Origin: Vicugna vicugna | Taxonomy: Eukaryota | DNA: 64,000 bases | Assembly (NCBI GenBank): GCA_013265495.1 | Contig: MU057987.1 | Location: 248,001-312,000 of the forward strand | Direction: 5' to 3' | Shown here: one piece after another, positions 27,071 through 38,399 of the stretch | Layout: every line of letters starts with the position of its first letter | Position numbering within the stretch: position 1 is the first letter of the stretch | The notes under the pieces: model-generated | What the model saw: only the letters and a program-made list of their open reading frames with translations | Database searches by the model: none | What the model was told of the DNA's origin: nothing | Translations under genes and position numbers: made by a program

Positions 27071-27754
27071 TTTTTAAAGTTCCTAAACTTTATTCATGTC
27101 TATTATCTAATTTGGTTTTCATAATAACCCCCCTCCTTTTTTTTTTTTTCAAGAGGAAGAAATAGGCTCAGAGAAGCAAAACTTCTTCCAGCAGTTCGAC
27201 AGCTTGGATTCAGGTCTGGCTGCAATTGACCCCAAGTCTGCCTGAGTCCAAGGAGGTATCTGTTCTATCTGTACCAAGACTCCTTAGAATTCAGAATTCC
27301 TCAGAGAATGACGTTAGAGGGCTGAATAATCATCAACTTATTTTTACGTCTCCCTGGTCATGCATTTGATTTGCTTTCTATGTTTCTAGTTTTCTTCTCA
27401 CTTTGATTTCGGGGATGCAACAGAATAAGAGTTAGAGAATTATCTACCTCGGTGTAGAGAAAAGACAGAAATTTGGTGGTGCAGGTAATCCTTGGAACGG
27501 TCCATTTATTACGCAAGTATTTACTGAGCATTTACAATGTGTGTTCACAGAACTCTGAGGCTGTATTATGACTAAAACATGACCTCTGCCCTCAAGAAGC
27601 TTACTGAGAAGCTTGCAGATTGCATTGTGTTTGAGCAGTGAAACCATCAAGAGGTCGAGGTTAAAGCATGCACCTATAGTGACCCTTTTGTGCCCAAAAC
27701 ACAGCGGATATATTTGTTAATATCTGTTAAACTGATTCATGAATTAATGTAATT

Positions 27755-28085
27755 GTGCTAAAGTGTGATCCAGGGTCCCCTGAGGGGGATTCCCTAGGGT
27801 ACAACTATTTAAATAATACTAAAACATTATTCCACCTTGTGTTACACTTACTGTCTTACGAGTGTCCATCAAAGTTCTCCGGGAACTGAGATGTGATGTC
27901 ATCATTCTGATGGCTAACAAAATGTGTACTTGTGCATTCCTCATTCTAGAAATGACTCAGTTTTAATTTCTAACGCTGTAAATGTTGATACATATAACTC
28001 ACAAGAACAAAATCTTTTTAGGGTCAGGAAAATTTTTGAGAATGCAGAGAAAGGCTCTTGAGATCAAAAGGTGTTGGGGTTGCTG
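27755..28085. mobile_element. Short Charlie1-derived hAT element (MER106/MER119-like)
   Basis: Both ends resemble the ends of the longer Charlie1 copy at 53016-54274 (aagtgtga..actattt..aatacta; gttttaatttctaa..gatacatataac). Confidence 0.7.
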
Positions 28086-28180
28086 AATTAATAATTTAAG
28101 TACCTTTCAAATTCAAAAAATGTGTTTGTCATGCTGGAGGAAGGGGGAAGAAGTGGTAGAGCAATTAAATATTTGCATTG

Positions 28181-28385
28181 TTTTTTATTGAAGTATAATT
28201 TTTAATACCATTATTCTCAGATGTAAAACATAATGATTCAATATATGTGTATATTGCAAAATGACCACAATAAGTCTAGGATTGTTCCACACAATCCATC
28301 CATCACCACACATGGTTACATCTTCTTCCTTGTGATGAGTAATTTTAAAATCTACTCTCTTCGCAATTTTCAAATACATATACAA
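28181..28385 (-). mobile_element. L1 3' end fragment
   Basis: ttttattgaagtataatt...gtgatgagtaattttaaaatctactctctt.gcaattttcaaata. Confidence 0.85.
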
Positions 28386-28700
28386 TTAGAAAGTAAGTAT
28401 TTTAATCAGTTAAAGTCTCTCATACTCTCGTCTCAAATGTTAAACCAACTATGTTAAACTCACTTCCCACTTCTCTACTATTATTTTATCATTATTATTT
28501 TATTTAAAGCATTTTGCACAGGTGCTTCTACATCTGACAGGATCAACATGGGATTAGTCCTATGTGATAAACTGTGATACCAATAAACGTGAGTTGCTCT
28601 TGCACTTTTGTCCTCTACCCTAGAATTTGGGGGGGGGCTGGTTAATAAAGTTATATCTAAGCAGAGTGAAGAAACACTTTGGGTACCAAATAGCTCTCAC

Positions 28701-28719
28701 CTGACAATATTCTGACAAG
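28701..28719 (-). CDS. Candidate 19-nt microexon
   Basis: tttaatttcag|CTTGTCAGAATATTGTCAG|gtgaga. Confidence 0.3.
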
Positions 28720-28840
28720 CTGAAATTAAATGACCCTCAGTCAGCCAGTACTTCTCAGGGCCTATCTAAAAGATTTCCAGATTCTTCCTTGGTTATTTGC
28801 AGGTGAAAAACAAAATACTACATTTTTTTTGTGAACATAC

Positions 28841-28880
28841 CGTATGAGAGTCTTTGCTGTCCACTAGTGGGGAAGACAGA
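28841..28880 (-). CDS. Candidate 40-nt exon (SVFPTSGQQRLSY, or LSSPLVDSKDSHT)
   Basis: ttgctgtctacacag| ... ACG|gtatgt. Confidence 0.3.
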
Positions 28881-30512
28881 CTGTGTAGACAGCAATAGGT
28901 TCATCGTCTAGGAAGGATTCTGCTTTCCTTTATCTAAACTTGCTTTCTCCCGAATGTGCATCCCATTGAAATCCTCTTTATGTTCAGGAGGAAGACAAAA
29001 ACACCTGGTGATCTCCAGATTCGCATCTGATTATGTGTATCTCCAAAACGAGTTTTGTCTCACTGAAGATGTTTTAAAAATTATAAAGAAGAATTGTACA
29101 TCTTTTGTTCAGTTCTCAAAGTTTGGTTCTATTTTGGGAAGACTGAATATTTGAAACGTTACACATTATGAATTACATGGGGTACTTACATGGGGTATGA
29201 TGCATTTTAATGTGAGTACAAATACTAAAATTAACCAGATAAATCAATGGTGATTTTTGCTGCCATTCAGTCAACTTGAATTGTAAAGTTCATCAATTTT
29301 ATGATAAAGAGATTGATGATAAAGCATTTTCTGAAGTTCTATATGAACAGAAAGGACAGTGTATTAGTAACATCTCAAAGGGAAATACATAAAGAGGCTA
29401 CACACTTTAAAAATATTCTTTCAGTCAAAACTGAAGTAACCCTTGCTCAGGAGATTAAGATCAGGCAAGCAAAGAAAACCACACAAATGAAAACAGGCTG
29501 AAGGTCACCTTATGAATTCTGGAAGTCCGTTTTGCCCCAAGAGTTACCTGTAAATTCAGGGCTTGTTAAGGACAGGTCTAATATAAATGCCAGGATTTCA
29601 CATTAAGGAATCCGTTGGGCCCCACTTTGGGGTGAACTTGAATTTGCCAATTATCACTACCGAGAATGTTTGCAAAAATATGTTCATTGGAAAATTGAAC
29701 CCCCTGAGAATCACCATGAAGAAAAGTAAGTGTTTCATGTTCAGATGAGTTTAGGAACAACTGAATACTGAGAAATATGCCTCCCAGAGCTTTGAATGCA
29801 TGTTAGTCCATCCGGAACTTGGAAACTCCTTCCAAGGAAGCATTCTGTTTGATTTTATGTCACCCGGCATGTCCCCAAGTTTATACTAAAACAGAGCCCT
29901 CTTTAATGTAATTTCTATGCAAAGTTCCTGCAGTTCATGTGCTGCAGAACACATTTCCAGAAATATTGACCCGGGATAAGTATCTGCCTCTTGGGACCAC
30001 TCTCAGCTGGGGGGATGCAGGTTCCATCCAGGTAAGACTCTGAGAGTGATGTTCATGCATCGTGTTCCTCCTGCCTCTGCCTGCCGTGCTGAGGCCCCAC
30101 AGCAAGTGTCCCTAGAGCTACCCTGATCTCAACAACATCCCTATGGTTGTTTCTGCCTGGATTTCTTGTACAACTGTAACACTTCCTACTAAAATGCTCC
30201 GTGCAGTGATTCACTACCTAGATGAAACAGATAAGAAATCATATCATGTGAAACCTGGGAAGAACCTAACTCCTAAACTAGGAAAGTTAGACCCAGTACT
30301 GCTGTCACTTGCCCAGAGCCACAGAGCCAAGTCAACCTTTTACGGAACAGGAGAATCAGAAAGCTCCAGCTGGCAATGTGCTGCATTTGGATCAGATTAT
30401 GGTACCCTTAAAGTAGAAAGTCAATTCCAACCCTGAGTAGTTTTAGTTCCAAAATGAGTGAGGACAGAAAACAATGTCAACAGTGGTAGAAAACAAAGAT
30501 GATGTGTAATAG

Positions 30513-30745
30513 TTACCAGGGGGGTAGAGGGTGGGAAGGGATAGACTGGGATTTCAAAATTGTAGAATAGATAAACAAGATTACACTGTATAGCATAGGG
30601 AAATATACACAAAATGTTATGATAACTCACAGAAAAAAAATGTGACAGTGTGTGTATGTCCATGAATGACTGAAAAATTGTGCTGAACACTGGAATTTGA
30701 CACATTGTAAAATGATTATAAATCAATATAAAATGTTAAAAAAAA
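30513..30745 (+). mobile_element. Young 5'-truncated L1 with perfect TSD
   Basis: L1 3'UTR plus poly(A); identical 18-bp aaagatgatgtgtaatag at 30495-30512 and 30746-30763. Confidence 0.92.
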
Positions 30746-32599
30746 AAAGATGATGTGTAATAGAAAGTCCATAACCAGGGCTGCCCTGCTGGGATCACGT
30801 TGCTGATGGTAGCAGCAAAGTGTATCACTGACGTCTTCAGGCCAACACTGTAGCATCCTCAGAGTTCACACCGCCATCGGTCAGATAGCCAAGTGAATTG
30901 CTTGCCATGGGCCTTGTGGTAATGCCTCAAGTTTTTTTCTGCGACTGTTAGCGAAAGAACAGCTTGTGAATGCATTCACTCATTTTCTTATGACCTCAGG
31001 GCGAAGCGTTTTCACATCTGCTGACTGTTACACATGACGGTTGCTTTTAATGGGTATTCCCTGCTTAGAACTTTATCAGTCGCTTTATGACAAAATTGTC
31101 ATCACTTCCTTGTCTTGAGGTTTCTAGTTTGTTAAAGACTCATTTTAAAACACTCACCCATTTATTTCAGGGTCATAAAAATCAAAGTTTAACTAAACTG
31201 CAATGAAGAGAGGCCTGCTCCCCACCAGGTCCCTCCTTCTTTGGATGTTTCTGTCACTTTTCCCATCACGCCGTTAAGGACTGACAGTGAAGTTCCATAA
31301 ACACTTCTCTCTTGTTTGGCTCCCTTTGGCCACTTACCATTCGCTCACCCCAGATGATGATCATTATCATCATCATCATTATCAGCTTCAACAAATAAGC
31401 ATCAGGCACCCACTGGGCCATGCCGCTAGAGGAACAGGGCTTCATTACAACACGGAGATCACGATCTTTAATAGATGACGCCCAGGAGTGGGATTCTGAA
31501 AAACACGAGCTTTGTTTGTGGTCTTGCTCATGATGGGTTGCCTGGAATGGCTCCAAACAGGTAATTTCTTGAGGCTCTAGTTTCCACTTCTCTAAGATGT
31601 AAATAATGCTCACACCTGCCTCTCGTCTACACGGTGATTTTTACAGGAAATCATACAATGAAGTAGAAAGCTCTTCACGAACAGTCACTGTATCAGCAGA
31701 AGACACGATAGGATTATCTTTTTTGCTCTAATCCTCAACTACTGTTCACATTTTAACAGCCTTTCCTTCATTGCCGTCCCAATGCCAATATTACAAATAC
31801 AAATGTGGAAAAGTCCAGCCAAACAGCTGGAGCTTGGGGCTTGCATTTTGAAATATGATGCTTCAGAAAGCCTTGTTTTCCTCCTGAAATGACTGGCTGG
31901 CTGGTTGGCCAAATTAACTGAATTAACTGCTTGTTCTGGCAGCAATAAAGATAAAGCCTTAAATAGTTGAGAACAATAAAACCATATAGAGGGGCTCATT
32001 TTTCTTTTTTCAGAATCACTGTGGTTGTTTAAATGTGTGTCTTATGAGGTGTCTAAGTAAACTGTCAATTCAATTTTTTTTTAAATCAAACTGGTGAAGG
32101 TGTGGGAGTGTTGATTAAATTATTTCCATTATAACTTGATACTTGTTTTAGTCCTTTTCAAGCAGTCTGGTTTGTCTGTCCCCTCCACATCTGGGGGATT
32201 ACTTCTCTCCTTTCTTCCCTGTCCTTCCTCTTTAGTCAATTTTTTCAAGGACAATATTGGTACTTCATCTCCCGGTACTTCTCAGCGCCTCCCATGACCA
32301 CATTAAACCAGGGCAGGGGCAGAATGGAGAAAGGAGAGAAGGCACACCTCACACCCAAGACCCCACACCTTCCCCAAACTTCTAAGGGTAAGTTTGGTCT
32401 CCTGTAATTCTCAAACTCCTGCTCCCTGTTTAATACTCCACCATGATCCCATTTTACTCAGTATCTCACAGCCCCTGTCCTGCCTTGATGCATAAACATT
32501 TTGTGAGAGACCCTTCAGGTTGTCCTGTGACGTGTGCCTGCTGCACACAAAGCCTTATGGTGAACACAACCACCAGGCTCCGTTCTACCTCCTGAGTCC

Positions 32600-32900
32600 A
32601 GATACACGAGGAAACACTTCCCAGCCTTTCTCTCACGTCAATTCCTGAGCATGTGGCACTCAGTGGAACCACCCCTTCCTCGAAATTCTCTCCCCATTGG
32701 TTCTCGGCACAACGCTTCCTCCTCCCTGACCAGTCCTTTTCCGTCTCCTCTCTCCTCCTCTTGCCCCTCTCCCCTCCTATGTTAGTGTCCCCACAATAGC
32801 ATCCTCTTCCCAGCCTCTCACCCCGCAGGCTTGCCTGAGAGTTCTCCGTCAAGATCTCCGTGTTCTGCCCACGTCTCACTGAGCCTCAGATTTACACAAG
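32600..32900 (+). mobile_element. L2 body fragment
   Basis: Pyrimidine-rich L2-like motifs (catgtggcactcagtggaaccacccct tcctcgaaa..., cctgaccagtccttttccgtctcc). Confidence 0.5.
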
Positions 32901-33295
32901 CCGGTGCCCAGCTGTCAGTAATCAAGAACGATCGGCCTTCCCTACAGCTCGGAGGAGGAGAAGCAGGGTGTCTCCCCTGCTGTGGGAAGGACAGTCAGAG
33001 CGCTGAGTTACGTAAGTAAAAGGCAAGCAGCGATGCACGCCCTGGGCAACGTGTGTGACAGCATCTCTTGGGAGGGTTTTATCTGTACGTGTGCAGTTTC
33101 AGAAACTGACCATTTTGATACGTGGAGTGTCAAGGAGGGGTTGGTCTATTTGCAAAACAAGCACAAGGGTTTCTAGTGGGTCGAAGTCTGAGGCCTCTCA
33201 CACATACCCTGCAAGATGGAAAGTGTGCTGGAGTGACCCAGGTCAAGGATCTGTGTCAAGAAGGCAGATTCTCTTGGAAAAACATTTCTATTGGG

Positions 33296-33415
33296 TGTGT
33301 CTCGGTCAGTTCCACTGCTGTAACAAATACCATAGACTGCGTGGCTTAAGCAACAAACTTGTATTTTTCACAGCTCTGGAGGCTGGAAGTCCAAGACCAG
33401 GGTGTCTGCAGGACC
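33296..33415 (-). mobile_element. MLT1 LTR fragment
   Basis: ctgctgtaacaaataccatagactgcgtggcttaagcaaca...ctctggaggctggaagtccaaga. Confidence 0.85.
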
Positions 33416-33419
33416 TCTG

Positions 33420-33768
33420 AGCCACTGTTTACCTGGCTCTCCAGGCCTAGAACGCTCTTGGCTCACTCCTCCAATGACTAATTCCTGCTCACTCACGGAA
33501 ACTCAGTTCACTCCCTTCTCCCCCAGGGAAACTTTCCATCACTTCTATCCCTCTCACAACAGGCAAGGTTGCCCCTCAGATCTTCTCCCGTGGTCCCAGA
33601 GCACTTGTCTCACAATATAGTAACAGTTTTACCGTATCTCACTTGCTCTCAGTGCCCTAAGGGCAGGACCACATCTTATTCATCTCTGCATCTCTGGCAC
33701 CAAGTAAGTGTCCTATACCTGTCACTTAGGTACCATTTGATGAAGGAATGAATAACAATGAATGAGTG
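33420..33768 (+). mobile_element. L2 3' end
   Basis: agggcaggaccacatcttattcatctctgcatc...tgaaggaatgaataacaatgaatga. Confidence 0.7.
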
Positions 33769-34182
33769 CAGAAGGGAGAAGCCTGGGGGAGGTCCCTGCC
33801 TTCCTAGTCCTGTTCTTGTTTGTTCATAACAACCCTCAAAAGGCCTGTACACTTGAAGAATAAGATCTGAGCCTGTGCACAGTTCTGCCTAGAACAGCAG
33901 AGAGAGAGACTCAGCTGGAAACAGTCGATGAAAACCACAACTCTGCTGTTCAATCCAAGCGTAGTATGTGGACTACATTAATGAGATTTACCTAGGAGAG
34001 CCAGAAGAAATTAGATGAGGAGGTAATTTGTTAGTTCCTAAGTACTAATTCCCACTCATTAGCTAAAAATTGCAAAATTCATTAAAGCAACTTGGTTGAA
34101 GACAGAGCCACTAAAAAAGCAGAAGGTATTGATAGATTAAAAAGATGTAGGAAACCCTGAGTTTTTATTTTATCCATGTTAC

Positions 34183-34206
34183 CTGTGGCTCAGCTCCATT
34201 GAAAGT
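34183..34206 (-). CDS. Candidate 24-nt microexon (TFNGAEPQ, or LSMELSH)
   Basis: Weak acceptor ttaaatgtaag; donor CAG|gtaaca. Confidence 0.2.
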
Positions 34207-35449
34207 CTTACATTTAACAGGTTAAGTAAATAAAAATTCACCAATGATAATCCTCTATGAGAACTAGTGAGATGACCATAAACTTCTTTTTATACATTAA
34301 CAGTAATAGCAAATAGTTCAGAATACATCTGTTCTATCACATTCATAATTTTTAAAGAATATGTAACACAGCTCCTATGTTACCTCTTTTCCATTTTTCC
34401 TCATAATTTCAGCCAAATATTTAGTATATGAATTATTAAAAAGGTACTACTAGGTTTTAACATATTGTAAAACTACTACCATTCAATGTCATTTCCCTTT
34501 GCCTGCTCCTCTTCATTCCTCCTTGCATTTTCTCAGCCTTTCTAAGTTGCATAAATATACATGTTTTAATCACTTACCTTTTGTTCTGTAAGATACCCTT
34601 TTATTGATTTTTTATTGAAATGGAAGTTCCATGCCAAGGTAAGGGAAATTGCCAAGGTTAGAAAAAACACATTTTTCTTATATGAGTTCAGAGAATCTTC
34701 AAACTCAAGGTCACTTTTTGAGATAATCTGAATATTTCTAAAGTGTTAAGCTACAAAAGAAACTAACAGAACTGATCTATAAATCAGGATGGGATGTCTA
34801 ATCTTAAGTCCATCTACAATTCATTCTGGGCTCTGGTCAGGTCTCCCTGGGCCTTACTCAGAGAATTTTTACCGAGAGATCAGTAGTGTCTTTCCCTTCA
34901 TATACCACAGGGACATCTAAGCTTCAAAAATTGTCCCACATGATGGAACTGGAATAAATGTTTTAAGTTTGCAGACTGTTGTGATGAAAAGTGGAAAGCA
35001 GTTAAGTTTCGTTGAAGTTAAATTTTAAATGTGTAAGGAACTATCTATGTCTCAAAAGTCAAGCTATTATAAACCCCCAAAAGGAGCCTACTGATTTAAT
35101 CACAGGCATAGTCGAAGAAAGGAACCTGCCTTTCCATGGCACACAACCATCCTTTGGGAAATGAAAGGGGACTTCAGTAACAAGAGGCAACATGACACCA
35201 AAAGCATGCATGCATGCATCCATCCATTCTATAAACATTAAATGAACACCTCCTAAACGGGCCAGGTTGTTTATGAAGCACTTGAAAACAAAAAACTACC
35301 AAGACACTGTTCTTGACCCAGAGAACACGACGCTCCTTGAGGAGGAGTGAGGAGGGTCAAGTGAGTGTAAGGGTAGTCAAACACTTAGAACAGAGTCAAA
35401 AAAATACTGAAAATGTCTGCATCTGGCATGTTAACATTTCCAAAAGACA

Positions 35450-35655
35450 ACCGAACCCTTCCTCTGTGCCAGGTTCCATTCTAAGCGGTTTGCAGGCTTT
35501 GACTCATTTAGTCCTCAGTTTTCCAAGAGGGAGGTCACTATTACGATCTCAATTTATAGATGTGGAAATTGAACCTCAGAGGGGCTAAGAAATTTGAGCA
35601 AGGTCACCAAGCTCGTGAATGGGGGAGCCAGTGTTTGAACCAAGGCAGTCTGCCT
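35450..35655 (-). mobile_element. MIR SINE
   Basis: ctcatttagtcctca...tttatagatgtggaaattgaacctcagagggg..caaggtcac..tttgaaccaaggcagtctg. Confidence 0.85.
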
Positions 35656-35679
35656 TAACGTTGTGCTAATAATGGCATA

Positions 35680-36200
35680 TGACACTGCTTCCCAACATAC
35701 ATAACTGACAAGGGATTCATACAGAGAATATATAAGGAATCCGCACAGTCTGCAAGAAGCCAACATCCCCAGTGGAAAAACAGGCAAATTGTAGGACCAG
35801 AAATTTTTTTTATCAGTTTGACCTGGACTAGCAAAAGAGCATTCCAAAAGATACTCAATCTGGCAGTGCTGAATGAAACTGAGACCTCATACATCCTCCG
35901 ACTAGATCATCCTATTTCTGTGTATACATCTCAGAGAAGCCTTCACATAGGTAAGGAATATATTTAAGGTTGTTCATCATAACTCTGTTGGGAAAAGTAA
36001 AAAGCGAGTTCAACCTAAATGGGGAACATTAAAAAGAAGCTACATGCCTAGAATGATATATGGAACTTGGAAAGAAATGAGGTCCACTTATACATGCATG
36101 ATAAATCTCAGAAACATGGTAAGTTAAAAAGGTAAACGAAACAAAGATATTAACAAAATGTATGTAAAACTACACAAAACAATTATACACGTGGTCCACA
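35680..36200 (+). mobile_element. L1ME fragment
   Basis: ataactgacaagggattcatacagagaatatataaggaa...aaaagatactcaa. Confidence 0.65.
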
Positions 36201-36314
36201 AATAGCCCTATGTAAATAAAGGTGTGGTGGTGAGTTGAGGAACACATGAAATGCACAAGTTTAAATACTTATAAAAATCCTGAGGGATAAGCGTTCCTTA
36301 ACTATGATAAAATA

Positions 36315-36545
36315 ATAATAATAGTAACTATTATTTATCAGTGCTTATTACTTCCCTGGTATTATTTCCAAGAATTTTAACAGTATTACCTCACAAAAAC
36401 GAGTTAGCATTATTGTTACCTTAATTTTACAAATGAGAAAAACTGAGCCATAGAGGGTTAAGTATGTTTGTCCTGATAATAGAAACTTTAGATGTTGAAT
36501 ATGAGATTTGAACCCAGTCATCTGATTCCATACTCAATGCTCTCA
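36315..36545 (-). mobile_element. MIR SINE
   Basis: aataatagtaactattatttatcagtgctta...ttttacaaatgagaaaaactgag...gatttgaacccag. Confidence 0.8.
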
Positions 36546-36909
36546 TTATATTGTTAATAATTATATTACACCCCCAGACTAGAGACATGTTAGAAGTCAA
36601 AGTAAATGCTCAAAAGTGAAAATAAGACATATCAGAATCTATAAAATGTCTTGGAGTGGGGAGGACATGTCGGAGACTCTAGAATAAATCGTACAGCCAC
36701 AGACATTTGAAAGATAATTGTGACAAAGATGGTAAACAGCTATCCTGATTCCACTGACCTCTTCTCGAGGATAAACTGAATTCAACTGTGAAATGAGGGA
36801 TTTGGGTAAAATATAAATGTACCAATTACTCCCATCCATTCACCTTACAGAATTAGTATCAGTACCAGAATATCAGGACTCATGACTTCATATACAAGGG
36901 GATGCATTC

Positions 36910-37001
36910 CTTTTTTTTTTCCCCTGTGGGTGAGCTTTATTATTTTTTTATATATAAACTTTTTTTTATTGAGTTATAGTCATTTTACAATGTTGTGTCA
37001 A
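36910..37001 (-). mobile_element. Very short L1 3' tail
   Basis: ttttattgagttatagtcattttacaatgttgtgtcaaat is the reverse complement of the L1 end at about 30695-30740; degenerate 18-bp TSD (36892-36909 / 37002-37019, 3 mismatches). Confidence 0.7.
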
Positions 37002-37479
37002 ATACAAAGAGATCCATTCTAAATCTTATAATTGACACTTTTAATTTGCCAACTCAAACACTAAGCACATTGGTCATCAGACCATTTGGGGGACCTTCTT
37101 GAGGTTGGAAGATTTCCAGTGACATATGGAGTCGTTCATCCTTTTGGTAAGATTTTAAATTTGTTTTAAAATAACCGAACTTTCATTTATTCTTGTTTCC
37201 ACTTCCCCACAGGGCTAAACATGATGGTAACACGTATTCCAAGACTTCACCCCCTACTTTGTGCTCCTTCCTTCCTACCAGAAGCCGTCTTCTCAATCTG
37301 AAAAAATGTAGGCTTTAATTCTCCAGCATGAATCTGTCCTGACATTCAAAGCACGTGTTGTTTATGATACCTGAGGGGAAGAAGTGAGGCAAGTAGACAG
37401 CTGTGGCTACGTCTCCATCTTCATCCAAACTCATGAGAGTTTCTGCCAGCTTTGAGAACGCAGCATAACCAGGAGACGA

Positions 37480-37640
37480 AGGGGCTTTGAAGTTAGACAA
37501 ACCTGAGTGTGAATCCCAGACCCTTCACTTGCAATCGATGTGACTTTGAGCAGGTAATCTCCAAGACTGGTTTTTACAACTTGAAAATGGATGCAGTAAT
37601 ACTTATCATGGATAATTTTGAGGATTCTAGAAAAGCTATG
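37480..37640 (+). mobile_element. MIR SINE
   Basis: ggctttgaagttagacaaacctgagtgtgaatcccag...tgtgactttgagcaggtaa. Confidence 0.75.
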
Positions 37641-38375
37641 TGATATAGCTATCACAGTCAGCTGGGATATAAGAATGATCAATGAACAATCCTCATTGTC
37701 TTGCTGTTAGCATTCAGAGTTCTTAAAGGCACTTTAGGGTCACACTAGTTACACCTGGACATTTTATAAGAGAGTAAACTTCAGCCAGAGGGGCAAACTA
37801 TCTTGTCCAAGGTCACAACCGGCTCCCAACTCAGCTGGGACCAGGACATAATCTCCGGACCCTGTCCTATGCTCAGTTCCCTTCGATGTCTCTCAGTCTT
37901 TCTAGCCTTTCAATAGTCTGGGTTTTTTTTGGGTTCCTAACTCTTTATTCACACAAGTATTTTTATTCCACTAATGACAGATTTTTCTCTGGTAGTATCC
38001 ACGACATCTGAGACCCATTTGGAATTGAAATATATTTGAATAAGCTCAGAGCTCACTCTTTCTTGCTCTGTTTCTGTCATATATGAGCATGCACGTGGTA
38101 TCTGGAGGTTTTAAAAAAAAAGTTCTTTGGGGTTATTTTTAGCTCATCACTTCTTCACAACCTTGACCTCTTCATGCTTTACGTAATTAATTTAACCTAA
38201 GAACGGTAATATTGAAAGAAATTTCTTCTGAGCATATAAGCAGCTGAAGAATTGTTGCAAGGAGCCACAGCAGTAATAAGACTATTGCTGAGTATGGGTT
38301 TATTAGGAAGCAAAATAAACAGCACGCTGCGTGCTGACTTCATCTTCATTAAACATTCATACTAGAAATGCTTAC

Positions 38376-38399
38376 CTCGTCTACAGCCAAGATGTTATC
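38376..38399 (-). CDS. Candidate 24-nt microexon (DNILAVDE)
   Basis: ttttttttttcccttctgcaaag|GATAACATCTTGGCTGTAGACGAG|gtaagc; strong sites; only phase 0 is open. Confidence 0.4.
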
